The position numbers and the translations under genes are program-made. A DNA stretch of 64,000 nucleotides from Isurus oxyrinchus (Eukaryota): positions 1,612,001 through 1,676,000 of the forward strand of contig JANJGN010000036.1 of the NCBI GenBank assembly GCA_026770705.1, in the 5' to 3' direction. The notes under the pieces are model-generated. The model was given only the letters and a program-made list of their open reading frames with translations, was not told where the DNA came from and ran no database searches. Shown here piece by piece: positions 11,626-25,919 of this stretch (positions are counted from its first letter, which is position 1; every line of letters starts with the position of its first letter).

Positions 11626-14600
11626 GCTCGATTCTCTCAGATTTTCTGTGAATATATAGGGCTTTATGGAGAAAATGGCCACCATGAACAAACACAAAAT
11701 GTCTGATTGATGTATGTGGAGATTTACAGAGATTCAGAGAGGGATGGGAATGAAACACACAGACACCAGGGAACAGAGAGTGACAGAATCAATTTATTTC
11801 AATATTATATTTAAATTAGCCATGGTCTGAGCATCAATCCTCACTTGTGGAAGACAGTTCCAAACTTCACCGACCCAAGTGTGTTCAAGTGTAGGATGAT
11901 ATCACCCCTGATCCTCCTAAATTCCTGGGAACACATTCGGAACTTGTGCAATCCCACTTTGTAATTTACCCCTTCCTGTTAGCATTTGAGTAATGCTGCC
12001 CTGCGCTCAAATGTTTGAACCCTCAACACATTTTCGACGTCCACTGTTTGTAGGTTTGAGTTATTTCAGCAAGCATTGTATCATATCATCTTAAATCACG
12101 AATAAATATATCGAATCTCAGAAACACACAGACACTCGTTATTTGCAAAATTATTCTTTTTTCATAAAATATTTTGAGAGAAGATTACAAAACATTTCAG
12201 GAAATGCAATGATATTCAGATTTTCTACTTAAATCATGTTGTACTCTGAGGTGCTTCAATACAATAAAAGAAACAGCCATTTCAAAATGGTTGTGTCAGA
12301 AAGGGCAATGATGTTTAACAACATTTGCAGCATTTCTAAAATGTAACATACATTGCTATCTCTATTGTGTGAGTCCAGCTGCGAACATTTATGAGGAACT
12401 GACACATTCCAGAGCACGTACGAAAGAAGAAACGCTAACGATGGATAGAAATTGTTCTTAGCGTGTGTAGATAGGACTGGCGGAGTTTGAGGATTGCTCT
12501 TTCCTGTCATATGTGTATGTGACTTTGCATGTGCATGATTTAAGATAACACTGCTTACCTATTCAATGACACTGTGACAATAAATGTAAATAATTAAATG
12601 GGGTGTGGGGGGTGGGGTAGTCATCTGAAAATGGCGAAACTCAGGGTGATAGATTTCCGTTGGATTAAGGGTAGCAAGGTGGTTAAATGGGTTTGAGATG
12701 AGGGTTCTAATTGGTTGAACTGTCTGGCGGGAAAGCCTCGAAGGGCTGAATGCAATCCTTCTGCCTCCGGATGATGGTGTTTCTCATGATCACCGTTTGT
12801 GTTTTCTGCTGCAGACTCTTTATGCTCGGCTGGCGTTTAATGCGGGCCCCACACTCTGATAGCAATGGAAATTGTCAGCTCATATGCTGCTTCCGGGATA
12901 TCACGTGCTGGAGAAAGTTTCCTCCTTTTTTTCGTCCACAATGGCGGAAAGCCTGGCTGTGTGAACGTTTCTGAGAGACTGTCTTTGCAAATTCTGAACG
13001 CAGTTTTATCAGTAATAATGAGGCAATGTATCGCCTACTGGAGAGACTGCATGCCTAATAGATCCTGCTCCATTTCAAGAGAATGTTGACATTCGGACAT
13101 TTTAGCTTTCTGCTCAGTTTCTACAGGTGTTACTTTCTTGTGTTAGTGTTTTTCTTAATTTAGTTGCGCATCTTTATGCAATTTGAGCAGGAACGAGCGC
13201 ATCCGTGTCCAATTTACCGATCCATTAAAGCAAGTTTTGAAATGCAAGCATTGCATTTGTCATTTCAAGCTGTTTGGTCGCTCAGTCCAAATATGCTCTT
13301 TGAATCTCCAATTCGGCATATCTTCATAGAGCAGATGTGTGCGGTTTAAAATGTGGGAACAATTCTCCTAGGATCATAACAGAAATTTTAGTTTATGATA
13401 ACAGTTAGGATTGAACAAGTTGACTAAGGTGTTGACCAGATAGAGTTCTTAAAAAGTATGAAATGATTGGATACTTGAGGGGTAGACAATAATGATAGGC
13501 CATCAGTATGAGATATACAAAGATAAATCCAAAGGGGAATTCATGATAATCTTCTATACCTATAGAGTGGGTAGAATGTGGAACTCAATACCGAGGGCGA
13601 GAGCAGGGGTGGGGGTGAGGGGATGGGGTTGTCGGCAGAGCAGTTGAGATGACTATCAGACGTGCTTTCCAGGGGAAGTTGGAGAATCACAGGACGGAAA
13701 AAATGAATGGAATGATATATGTTGATGGGGCGAGATCCAGAGGTGGTGGGAGGAGTCCCATGTGGACTGGAAACACCATCATGGAGGGAATACAATCCTC
13801 GTCTGATCAACCTTTCCTTGTAATTTAACCATTTTAACCCGAGTCCTTGTAAATTTATATCTGCTGTAAATAACAAGACAATACAATCTAAATTCACATT
13901 AACGAGATCACCACAGTCAAGAGCTCAGTTAAATCCTCAACATGTTTATTAGACAATTTCTGGGAGATGGATCTTGAAAGAGTCTTTACTAGGATCTGTT
14001 TTTGTTCCTCTTTTGTCTCATCTGGCTTTAACTTTTGATTCCAGAGTAAAGAGAATGATAATATTTAGACTGATATGACACTGATTGATAATGAAGTGTG
14101 CCCGGGTGTGGGGTAATCCTCTATCTCTCTGACTGAAAACAGTTTTGCAAAGCTTTGCAAAACTGGGAATGGGAAAATAGGAAAATCAGGACGGACAAAT
14201 GAGAAACAAACAATCAGTCTAGATTGCACCCTACCAGCCTGGCAGTTCAGAGGTAATTTGGTTGCCATGGCAATAAACCTGTCTTAATTTGTCTACAACA
14301 TTCCAGGCATGAGCAGTGAATACACCAAGGCATGGTCGGCTTTGGGAAACATAGCTGCAAACTCACCTCTTCTTCCAAAGCACACTGCACTGAATCAAAG
14401 GCTCTGACATGTGTTTTTAAAACTAAGCTAAAAGCAGACCACAATGCGTAAAAGTAAAATGGGACCATCACAAGGTTCCTGCATGAGGGTCCGTGTCCCT
14501 CTCCTGCTGTGTTCTAATTCTGTAAATCATTAAACACATCACATCTCACGCAGAGAACACCACCACCAAACCATTTCAATCCAGTGCTGATATTGTCAGC

Positions 14601-15699
14601 TCAACACGAACTGCAGTTTCAACCATTTGACACTGAATTGTAAACTAATTGTTGATCGATACAAATCTCTGATGAATCATTATAATGGAAGAATAATTTA
14701 TTTTATTTACTTACATACAGAAGTTCGCAAAGAAATAAAAATCCTGTCAGTAACTGGAATTTCAGGATCAGCAGAAAAGGTCCAGAGAAACTGAAGAATG
14801 TCCCTAAGATTTGTTCAGTGTTTCTTTAATATTTGAATACAGTGAAATATCCTCAACACTTCTGAAAACAACTTATTTCATATTTCACAAAAGGAGACTG
14901 TGTTTTGTAAATTCTGGCGGGAGAAGTTTAGTTGTTTCTTGGGAGTCTCCATGGCTCCGCTTTGTCTCCACAAGACTGTGGGTTATTTGACAAATCCTGC
15001 CTCCTCCATAATTCATCAGAGAGAAAATGTCGAGATTCTTATCTGCGACCCGTCTTCATTGTGATTTATTTTCCAATACAGCAAACTCCAGGAAGGTGTA
15101 GAGAGATCCGCCCTGAGACTGGAATATTTATTAAACATTATTATTCAGAAATAGTTAAAAGTAAGGTCAGACTATCTCTGTTATACAGCTTGATCAAATG
15201 ATATAATGATAGAGCACAGAAGAAAGCCAGTCGGACCAAAAGGTCCGTGCCAGCCCTTCAAAAGAGTAATCCAATTTGTCCCAGTGAACTCATCTACTTC
15301 CCCATGTCTTTGCATTTTTCCTACCACAAATATGCTTGCTTTTTGAAATGTATTATTATATCTGCTTTCATTGCTTCGTATCTTAATGTTATAATTGTTT
15401 TGCTTAATGTGCCTTTGCAAGAATTGCCTGAATTAATGTATTGGAATAGAGAAGCAGAATTCGGAAAGCAACCCTTAATACAGAAATCGCCAATTAGAAA
15501 ATTGGTATGACGATTCTCAATTTTATTGGATTGCAAAAATGTTAACTCGCCAATCCGATTACCATGTTTCACACTATGCCATATATACAGTTGAGTATAT
15601 CCTACAGAATTAATCGTATCCAGATAGAATCACACACAATTACAAGGCTTGAGTTAATATAACGCTTTTCAAGACTTCAGGAACTCCATTTGTTTTTCA

Positions 15700-16075
15700 G
15701 ACACTTCTTGCAGTGCACTCACTGTTTGTCATGTTCATAACGCAGCAGCTATATTGCGCAGAGTAAGATCCCATTAAAAAGCAATAAATATTAGGACCTA
15801 GAAAATGTGTTTTAAGATGTTGGTCCAGAGATTAAATATCGCCCAGGTCACAGGAGAGAACCCAGTTCCCAACCCAATTCTTCATTCAATAGTGAGGGTG
15901 CATCTTTCACACCGACAGATGGGCAGAAAGGGCCGAGGACTAACGTTGAATCTGATAGTGGCATCTAAGTCAGTGCAGCGCTCCCTCGGGTCTGCTGTGA
16001 TGAGCCAATCTACAATTTGTGTTCAAATCTCTGGTGTGGTGACTCGAAACGTCCACTTCTGACTCTGAGGGGCGT
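15700..16075 (-). mobile_element. tRNA-derived SINE, degenerate (related copies ~46390-46650 +, ~59740-60000 -)
   Basis: Shared motif gtgcagcNctccctc...ttctgactcNgag among the three copies. Confidence 0.55.
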
Positions 16076-16143
16076 GTTGGTGGGTCAGGGAGGTGGGTGT
16101 ATGCAGAGATAGACAGAAACCACTGAGCTAAGGACAATCACGT

Positions 16144-16431
16144 TCACACACACTCAGACACACACACACAAACACACACAGAAAAACACAAACATAAACA
16201 CTCACACATATAAATGCACAAACACACGTACATACACACACACAGAGACAAACACACAAAGGCACATACACACACACACACACACACAAACACGCAAAGG
16301 CACACACACATACAGGGACACACACATACACGGGCAAACACGCACAAGCACAAACACACACAAATACACACACATACACACACAAACACACAGACGCATA
16401 CACACACACACACACGCACGCACATACACAA
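16144..16431. repeat. Degenerate (CA)n microsatellite
   Basis: Direct read. Confidence 0.9.
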
Positions 16432-18299
16432 AGGCAGATTCTGCCTAAACTGATTCCATCTTTGTCACTCACAACAGAAAAATATTTTGCTATAACTGTA
16501 AAATGGCATTCGGTTTCGATTGGCCTTATCTGCAATTCCAGTGGCTAATATATGAAAGCAAATCAGTTGGGTGGGGCTGAAAGGAATGGGAGAGGATGGA
16601 GTGGCCACATTGTAGAGATAAAATAAATAATAGGAGAATGTTGGGAGAGACAAAGCTGGAAATTCGCAGTAAAGTCTGACAGGTAAATTGTAGTCTGCAC
16701 ATTAGCTTATAAATTATATTATCAGATCGGGAGAAGGATGAGAAATATGACCCTATTCCAGTGAGAGGGACAATGGGATTTGACATAACTTCAGATGCTG
16801 CAGAATGACACAAGCTCTCTGTTAAATACTTGAAACATTCAGTAATGTGACACCATGAAACTTAAAGCAAAAATCAAATCTCAGTAAAGTAATATACGTT
16901 TCAATTACCTCACCTGAATTGCAACTTGAGGTGCACAGCTCTTGACACAATTTTCTCAATAACGAGACAGGAAAATATCGAATGAATTGAGTGTGGATTG
17001 TATTGAAAACTACATTATATGTTTTAGTGAGTTATTGCAGTGTTGCCTGTGTGTGGGTAACAGAGGTTGTATTGGCTGTGAGTAGCAGGTGAAGTGAGGG
17101 CATCATTTGCGAATAATATTGGGAACCTTTAAATTATATTCTTAACCGGTATTGAAGATAAACAGTGACCAGATGCCACATCGATAAGGGCGCTGTAAAT
17201 GAGATTAATTGTAAACCAGTCTCTTCTCTGTTCGGTTGAATGCATCTTTGGAGCAAGCCGTCTTCTCTCTGAAGTTTAACATTGATACCCAGCGTTTCAA
17301 CTCTGAAGGCAGCTCGGTACACAACGTAAATTAACAGGAAAACCACTAATAAGGGCATCAGGCTCAGACAACTTTCCATCTCAACTATAAAGTGGTCAAA
17401 ATCTGGGCCAGCGATTTCCGCCCTCGATGTACTTTTCGCACTCTCGGAATGGGCTGCGATTGAGGCGTCTTTCTGAAGCTCGCTGTCACAGCCTCTTTGC
17501 TGCCCAGCCCCGCTCTCTGCTGCAAGGGTCACTGACTCACTTCTTTGTTTTTCAAGGTCAAGCATTTCTGCAAAACAGTTCAGGCACTCAGTGAGGAACA
17601 ACACTGTCTGCTCTTTTCAGAACCCATTCTGAAAGTATTTCATTCTATCACGTTAGTCGCATTAAGATGAACGTATCTCCCTCTTCTCTCCCAGCTTCCG
17701 TCCCTCAGCATTCTCCTGAAGATTCCTTGACATAGTTTCCTGTGGAGTATTGCAGAGAATTTGCAGCACCAATTTGCTGTTTAACGTTATAATTAGCTCA
17801 AGTTTCCCATGAGGGAGTCCTATAAAAGAATGATGTGAGCCAGCAGAAGTTTCCAAATGCTTTGTCTCGGTTCGGATGGAGCACTTTGACCTTTGCCACA
17901 AGCATCACGATAATCCGGTTTCTCATCCTCACATTAGTTGGAATATTTGACTCATTAACCTGGCTGCTGGGATCGATATTAATGTTTAATGGGGGCATTT
18001 TAATGAGCGTTTGTTTAATTCGCGTCACTTTTAAATACTCAGTGCAGCTCCTTGTTTCAGGAAGTGCAGTGAAGAGCTCGCACGAAGCAAGGGCGCAATG
18101 GAACCATTTTGTAAATTTCCTAACTGAAAGTGTCATTGTATTTAACATTGTGTCAGAACCAGTTCTCCCTAACACCCAGTCATTTACTATAGATTTTTAA
18201 AATAATTTACATGTTCCTTTAAGATTGATGTTAGACCATTCAACAATTCCCATGTGAACATTTATTTCAATTTACCAAATATTAAAATATCCTGAGAGA

Positions 18300-18680
18300 T
18301 AGGGGAAGGAGTCGATTATTTGTGCCCTGAGCCTGTGCCATCATTCAATAAGAACGTGGGTGAACTGACTTCGGCCTTGGCTTCACTTTCCAGTCTGCTC
18401 CCCATGACCTTATGCTACTTGCTCAATCAAAAATCTGTCTAACTCAGACTTCAGCATGTTCACTGACCCAGCCTCAACTGCTGTCTGGGGAAAACAAGTC
18501 AGAAATCAACCTGAGAGAAGAAACATATCATCTCAGTCGGAATGGGAAAAGCCTTATTCTGAAGCTGTGAACACTAGATCCAGATTCCCCACGAGGGTAA
18601 ACATCATTCTCTCAACATCTACCCTGCAAATCTCCATTAGAATCTTATATCTGTCAGTAAGACGATCTCTCATTCTTAGA
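18300..18680 (-). mobile_element. CR1 LINE 3' end fragment
   Basis: Reverse ORF LRMRDRLTDRYKILMEICRVDVERMMFTLVG resembles the CR1 ORF2 C-terminus (RLRGDLIEVYKI). Confidence 0.75.
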
Positions 18681-19899
18681 TTTAAAACCAGCAATGCTTG
18701 TTTGACATTCACTCTGCATTTAGCTTCAGATTGCGAGGGATATGTCTCCTCCTTAACAGAGGGCATTAGGAGTCTGTAATCATGAACTTTATTTGCATCA
18801 CGTCACCATTTTTGCTCTAAGTTGAAACCGCACTGACATCTAATAACAGAAGGGTCAGTTAAATATTAGGAAGCAGTTTCTTCGACAGACACTGATCTAG
18901 ACTGTTATCCCTGCCGGTTCTGTTTGTTAGAGGAAACCACATTTTGCAATGTTATACAAGATTTAAGCATGCAGTTATATCTCTGTATATGTCTGTGTTC
19001 AAGTGTGTGTATTTTTGCCCTTGTTTGTACATAAGTGAGAGTATATCTGTGTGAATATGCATATTTTATTTATTTATGGGGTGTCAACGTTCCTTGCAAG
19101 GCCAGTGCTTCCTGCCTATCCCTAATTCCTCTTGAGAAGGTAGTGACGTGCATCTTCTTGACCCACTGCAGTCCATGTAATGTAGGTGCGCCCACAGTGC
19201 TGTTTGTAAGGGAGTTTCAGGATTTTGATCCAATGACCGGGAAGTAATGGCGAGCTCGTTGCAGCTCAGGACGATGTGTAAGTTGGAGGGGAAGTGCAGG
19301 TGGTGGTGTTCCCAAGCATCTTCTGCCTTTGTCCTTTTTGATGTATTTGTTTTTTTTCTGTGTGTGTCCCAGTCTGTATGTGAGTGCATGTGTGTATGTG
19401 TATTTATATGTGCATGTGTACGACTCACATGGGAGGCAGTTCAGTGAAAGCTCAGTGGGATGAAGGACAGTTTTGGAGAACAATTTGTGCCGGATGGAGC
19501 CACAAATATCGGATTTAGAAGAATGAGAGGTGATCTTATTGAAGCATTTGGGATTCTGAGAGGGATCAACCAGAACTGCTCCTCACGGGGCCAATCTAGA
19601 ATTCGAGACCACAGCTTCATAATGAGAGGTCTCCAATTTCAGAGGGGAATGAGGAGGGTTTTCTATTCTCAGAGGCGTGACAGTCGACCTTTTGCATGGA
19701 GCCAGCACATACACAATGGACTGAATAGCCTCATTCTGTGCAGCATCCTTCCATGGCAAAGCGTAAAATTGCTCAGGTGCATCATCTACATGAAATAACA
19801 GTTCAAATGCAACCGGCCATTTACCGGCTTAGCATTCTCCTCACAATCATCTGTAAAGCGATGCAATAGGGTCATCAGCAGTACTATCAAGCAGAACTG

Positions 19900-21170
19900 T
19901 TTATCAATACCCTGCTCACTGACTTTTAGTTTGTGTTCCGTTATGATCACTAAGCTTTTGACCTTACAGCAGCCTAGGCTCAAACATGGGCAGAAGAAAT
20001 GAACTCCAGTGGTGACGGGAGAGTGACTGCTTTAGAAAGTAAGGTAGCATTTGACCTAGTCTGGCATTAATGAGCCCCAGCAAAACTGGAATTATCGGGA
20101 ATCAGCCGGAAAAACCTCCGCTGTGTGGAATCATGCTTAACATAAAGGAGGATGGTTGTGATTGTTGTAGTTTAATCATCTCAATGTCAGGACATCATTT
20201 TACGAGTTACTCAGGGTGATTACCTAGGCCAAAGCATAATCAGCTCCTTCAGTAATGTTGCCCCTTCCATCAGAGGGTGAGAAGTGGAAATATTCACTGA
20301 TGATTGCACAATGTTCAGCACCATTCGCAACTCTGCAAACACTGAAGGAGTCCATGTCCAAATTTTGCATCACTTCTCACGATAAGTAAAACCCAGACAT
20401 AACTGGAAATCAGGAATTGGGAGGGAGAGATGAACTCAAGAATATTGCAATCAGTAGCGAAGTGTTACTTATCAAATTGGTGACCCTTTGGCCTGACAAA
20501 TAGTGGCGTCCTGATGGACTTTAAACTAGGGTCTTTAAAGAAGTAGCTGGTGGAATAGTTGGTGTGTTGGTATTAATTTTCCAAAATTCTCTGGAGTCAG
20601 GAAAGGTGTCATGAGATTGGAAAACAGCAAGTGCAAGGAACTTATTCAAAATGGGAGGGAGACAGGAAACAGGGAACAACAGGCCACTTAGCTTAACATC
20701 TGTCATCGGGAAAATGTGGGTAGCTATTATTGAAAATGTTATGGCAGGACGCTGAGGAAACTTCATTGCAATTCGACACAGTCAACATGGGTTTGTGAGA
20801 GGGAAATGATGCCTAACCAATTTAATGGAGTTCTTTGAAGGAGTTGCATGTGCTGTGGATCAAGGGGAACTGGTAAATATACTAAAGTAAGATTGGCAGA
20901 AGGCATTTGATAAGCTGCCACATCACAGGTTATTGCGATAGTTAAAAGCTCATGGCGGAAGGTGTGACATATGAGCATGGCTAGCAGATTATCAGGCTAA
21001 CTGGAAACAGAGGGTAACCATAAATGGATATTTATTTGATGTTTGGAAGGTTCAAGCGAGCAGTTTGCTACAGGCATCAGTACCGGGGACTCAACATTCT
21101 CCAATTTATATAAATGACTTTAATGGAGGGGCTGAAGGTCTGGTAGCTAAATTTGCTGATTCCACAAAGG
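19900..21170 (+). mobile_element. Two adjacent degenerate LINE RT fragments (CR1/L2-clade 19900-20370; CR1 20390-21170)
   Basis: Decayed RT motifs (aaggcatttgataag = KAFDK; aaatttgctgat = KFAD; ttcactgatgat), many stops and frameshifts. Confidence 0.75.
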
Positions 21171-21849
21171 GAGCAGGGGCAAGGGTGATAAGCGTTCGAC
21201 AATGAGTGAACCCGAGGCATGCAGTCATGGGGTATCACAGTCCTAAACTTTCTGGAAATCTGAGCTAATGGGGAAGCAGCAAGGATGTGACGGAGAGAGC
21301 AATGTCAACACAGTGTTTTCATTGTCCTCCTCCTGGCATCAATCGCTGAAATTTCTAGACTGTGCTCATGGGCCAGGCCTTCAATGGACCTTGGTTCAGA
21401 GTCTGAGACGTTGTATCTTGACGTGGAGACAGTGGAACAGATCCCTGGGCACAACGTGCAATTTGGAAACTGATCATTAAAATTCAATGAGGTGCCCGCA
21501 GGAGCGAAGGGGCTTCACAGAATGAAAGCCCAATGTGATTGATTAATTATTGTTGGATCAACTCTGCAGGTGTAGTTTTTAGCGCGATTCCAACAAAATG
21601 GTTTCAAAAAGGAACAACAAGCAGCTGGAGATGTTTGATTTTTGCACCACATTATTATTTGCATTGGAATTAAAGCTGCTGATGGAAGTTCTTTGTTCAT
21701 GTGAGTGTATCTAATAGCAATGATATGGTGATTAGCCGGACCAGAGCAGGTTTAAGATGCTTTTAAATCAGTGCTCCTTCAAATTCTGAATCTCGGCGCG
21801 TCCACTGGAGCTGTGGTTTCAACACAACCGGCTTCAGTTTTTCTCAACC

Positions 21850-24373
21850 ATGGGATGTGCATTCATTCTTCCGATAGAGCACATTTACTATCCTTTTCTC
21901 GCAGCAGTTGGAGTTCCTGGTGAGTTTTTATTTAATCTGTTAATGATGTATAATTGTGCTGATGCAAGTGGCAATATTTCTGTCGCCTCATTTTCCCCCC
22001 TCAGGTCTTTGCTCTGTTCAATTGGTGCATGATGAAATGAATTCAATCATTTTTCTTCTCTCTTATAATCTCCCCATAAGATTTGAAATTGTCTTTGCAA
22101 ACCCAACTCTGATGATGCAACTGGATTAGCTTCGGCACTAAATGTACTGGGAACACATTGCTGGCCGAGGAACTATTATCTGACCATCAGCGGCTAATGA
22201 GGTTTCATATTGAGCAAGGAAGCAGTTCTGAAACATTTCTTCACAAATGTGCTTCGAGCGATCCATAATTAGAAATCACACGGTCTCTGTATTACGAGGC
22301 CGAGATCAGGAATATCTCCCAAATCATGGTATTCAGTTTAACTGGGCTTTCATTATGTTTATGGTTTATACCCCGGATCAAATGTTATTTCATTATGTGT
22401 GACCCTGACACAGGTCCAGGTGTCTCCCGGAGTCATAGACCCATAGATTTATTACAACAGGGAGGAAGGACATTCGACCATGGAGTGCATACTGGTTATC
22501 TTAGAGTAATGCATTTCAAACCCTGACTCCGGTGTTTAACATTGAGCCTGTCACATTATTTGCCTCAGTAAATGTCCTTTTGTAGTAATTCATTCTCTCC
22601 GCTGCCACCATCCTTGGTATGTGAGTTCCAGGTCATTACCACTCACTGCATGAAGTAGTCTTTGTACCTCAGTCAATAGTGGCTGAATGCCCATTGCCTC
22701 ACGTGTCTATGCCTGCCACGATTTTGTCAATCTCCAAGAACGCTTTCCACAATAGATTTTCTTCACTGAAAATACTCATAGTTTCTCCAACCAAATGCTT
22801 TGGTTAGGTCATCTCTAGCTGCTAATATTCGAGAAAGGAAAGCAGTCTGTTAACTCCTTCACGATAAAAATAATCATTAATTTCCTTATAAATCATTTTT
22901 GCACCTTCTCTAAAACTCCCATATGCCGGTAGCACTCCGCGTGTCGTCTAACCAAGATTTGTCAGCAGCTTTAACATAGATTGCCCTCTTTTCAAATGTA
23001 TTTTTTCAGAGGTGCCATTCCAGATGCTGCTCTATATCCATGTAATGCACTGATGAACATGCACCTTCAAAGTTAGTGAATTATTTCTATAGTGAACAAG
23101 GATCACTTTGGTACTCCATGATAATAATAATATGACTTTGACGGTTTCTTACTAAAATGCAACATAATATATGTATCTGCATTTAACTACATTCTGCAAT
23201 TATGTGTGCAATCTCCACGTTTATTAGTTTGAAGAATTAGTTTGATGCGTGGTCTTAAGTTGAAGAGACCAGCCAGTAATTGAGAATGAAACGGGGCTCT
23301 GAGAGACTCAGAGTTTTGTTTGTAATCCTTCTGAATGATCTACCTCAATTTGTTTATATAAACTTGGATGGAAATACTGAATTATCCCCAAACTCTAAAG
23401 CCATCTTTTTAGAATCACCGTTTTAGAATTCACTGTTCAGATTAATCACTAACTTTCTGTATCATTTCTCTTTCCTCTCCCCACCTCCCTCTCTTTCACT
23501 TTTACAGTTAAATTCATTGTGATGGTGACAATGACCCAGAGAAAGTGCCGTCTTTCCAAATGTATCACTAGCTACATGCTGGCAATGGTGGTGTCGGATC
23601 TACTGGTCGTTATCACTGTGGTCAAATTATTTCGGACAGATTATGAATTATACCCTGGGTCTTTACTCTCCTGTGTGCAGCGCTATTGCTGTTCTGACTC
23701 GTGCATCTAGAGATTGCTCAGTTTTGTTAACCGTTAGTTTTTTAGTTGATTGCTTCACTGCCATCTGTTGCCAACAGCAGAGAACAAAATATTGCACAAA
23801 GCAAACTGCATCTGTAATTTTATCAACGACGTGCATTCTGATCAGTTTCAAAAGCGCTGCTTGGTATTTTATATATGAATCTGAGGAGATAATTGACAAT
23901 AAACCGTGGTGTTGTTCTATTAAGCCAAGCTGTTTCATTGAGCTTGGGTGAGTGGCCTTTGACTGGTTTGATAAAATATAAACACAATTGCTCCCATGTG
24001 TTCTAATATTACTGCTAAATACTCAGACACATACTAGTACCAAGCAAAGTCCGTGAGGCACTAAGGGGCCAAAATAAGGGAGAGAGCCCCAGTGACCCAG
24101 AGATGGAGTGCAGAAGGAAGTCCATTATTTTACTTTTCACAATTTCAGGCAGCTTAAATCTCCTGTGGCTGCCATATGTTGCAGAATTCTTATATTAAAG
24201 CATTGCAGGAACAACTCTCTTAGATTACTCTTTTGAGCGTATTGGGTTTATGCTGCAGAATTTAAGTTCCTACACAAATACCTGTATGAACAGGTCGAGA
24301 AAGCAGTTCAAGAACGTGTTGATATATCTGATTCTGGTGATTGTTAAATTGTTTAAGAATAAAAACAATTGAT
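21850..24373 (+). pseudogene. GPR139/GPR142-like GPCR pseudogene; exon 1 21850-21919, exon 2 23508-~24373
   Basis: Exon 1 MGCAFILPIEHIYYPFLAAVGVP ends G|GTGAGT; acceptor ttttacag at 23507. Exon 2 is homologous to the intact gene (AICCQQQRTKYCT, EEIIDNKPWCCSIKPS, DPEMECRRKSIILLFTISG) but has a frameshift near 23665, TGA at 23949-23951, a TAA soon after, and deletions. Confidence 0.9.
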
Positions 24374-25076
24374 CTCCGTACAGAGGAAAACCAGCCATTT
24401 CCATGTCATGTGCAATATAAAAGAGATGCAATATAGAAAGATAATAAATCTTTAGACTCTTGTTACTCAGGTTGTTTGGATAATCCTCCAATTGTTCCCA
24501 GCTGCAGTGAAGTGATTTTGTTGAGCTTCTGCTCAGTTATTTTTATTTTGTCAATGCTCCCACTGCAAGCAACAAACTCGGTGTCAAATTCTTCAAGATG
24601 CCTGTTATAAACCGAAATAGGGAGAGCTGTGCTGTGGTTCAGAGCGCTGGAGCCAGCAGTTCACTGTTAGATTTATTGATTGTTTTAGGATGGGAAGTTT
24701 GCTCACACATTTATAGCAATCGGGATGTCAAACTGAAGGGAGCCCTCGATTTGTGACACATGAGAGATTTCTGAACAGTTTCATCCCCTTATGGGCTGTG
24801 TTCGTTGTGTACTCTACAATGTACCAGGTGTTTTGATTCGGCTTACTATCTTCCTCTGAAGAGGCTGTGAAACAGCCTGGACTCGCATCATTTGTCAGTG
24901 TTTTGTCTCTTTTTATCGTTTGATCAATGAATGAATTTTAAAAAGGGTCAAAGCCTTTTCTCCAATCCATTTCGTTGCCTTGTGGTTAAGTGATGCAAGT
25001 CCACCCTATGCTGGCAGCTCACCGCTACAACAGGCGCTGCTTTTTGCCAGTCTCAGAGAAGTTCAGTTCCTGTATG

Positions 25077-25856
25077 CCTGCATCTGGAAACAAACGGATG
25101 AAGAGTGAATATTGAACAATACTGTAAGGCATTGAAAATTGCAGCAGGGTGCACAGCTGGTTTAGGTGGTGCATTCGCTCTTTTACCACCTGACCCTGTA
25201 CATGAGCTCGCTCCTCAGTCCGCATTGGAGATCTTGGCTGGAGATAGTAGTTGCGGATTATTTCAGTCTGCAAGGTGCACATTTGGTTCGGTTATCAGAC
25301 TGTAATCCCATTCAGAATGGGAGTAGATAAACTTTGTTGTACTCTGTTACTCCTCTGCAATACATTGTCAATGCTTAACCCGACACATTGGATTTTGCTA
25401 AAGGTGTTTATTAATTATGTTCCAAGATAGTTTTCTCAATTTCTCACACGGATACTTTGCCCTAGAGGAAAAAAAAATAAAAACACAAACAACATATGGT
25501 GGAGAATTTATTTACACATTCTTACAGCCTTTATTCACATTGTGTCCGTGCTGGCCCAGAAGTGAAGAGCTCTGCAATCTATTGCCAATTTACAGCTCTT
25601 GATCTGTAGGTTACGGTGAGACAGAGAGACAAGCTGACTTGGAAAGCAACCGCACTACCTGCACTCTTGCCCTTCATTTACCCTGCCATCCACAAACATC
25701 AAATAAAGCTCCAAGAGAATTGCCAAGGAAAGTTTTACTTTTATAAATCAGTGACGACTCTGCTGAAACGGGTGACCCTTCCCCAACGCACAATAAACAC
25801 ACAGATGCTGTATGATATCCCAGTGATTTCTGAAAATTCTTAACAACAACAGGGCA
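25077..25856 (-). repeat. Inverted copy of block D (5051-5834)
   Basis: See 5051-5834; followed by a long degenerate (CA)n tract at 25920-26580 that mirrors the (TG)n tract next to the first copy. Confidence 0.9.
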
Positions 25857-25919
25857 CAGTCTGAGGAAAGTGATCCTGTTCCAAAGGTGGCATGTGCTGC
25901 TGCTATCTAATATCAATCT

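Larger units (their letters stand above)
14690..17850 (+). repeat. Remnant of a duplicated cassette: blocks A (14690-15150), B (16480-16980) and C (17200-17850), inverted homologs of 49140-49610, 43750-44210 and 37440-38150
   Basis: Exact inverted anchors: 15079-15092 vs 49209-49222; 14746-14758 vs 49546-49558; 16666-16682 vs 43955-43971; 17551-17572 vs 37727-37748. Confidence 0.8.

Noticed and set aside
17134-17604. 156-aa ORF as a novel protein
   Set aside because: The inverted homolog at 37690-38150 has an in-frame stop and indels; no domain motif or splice structure.
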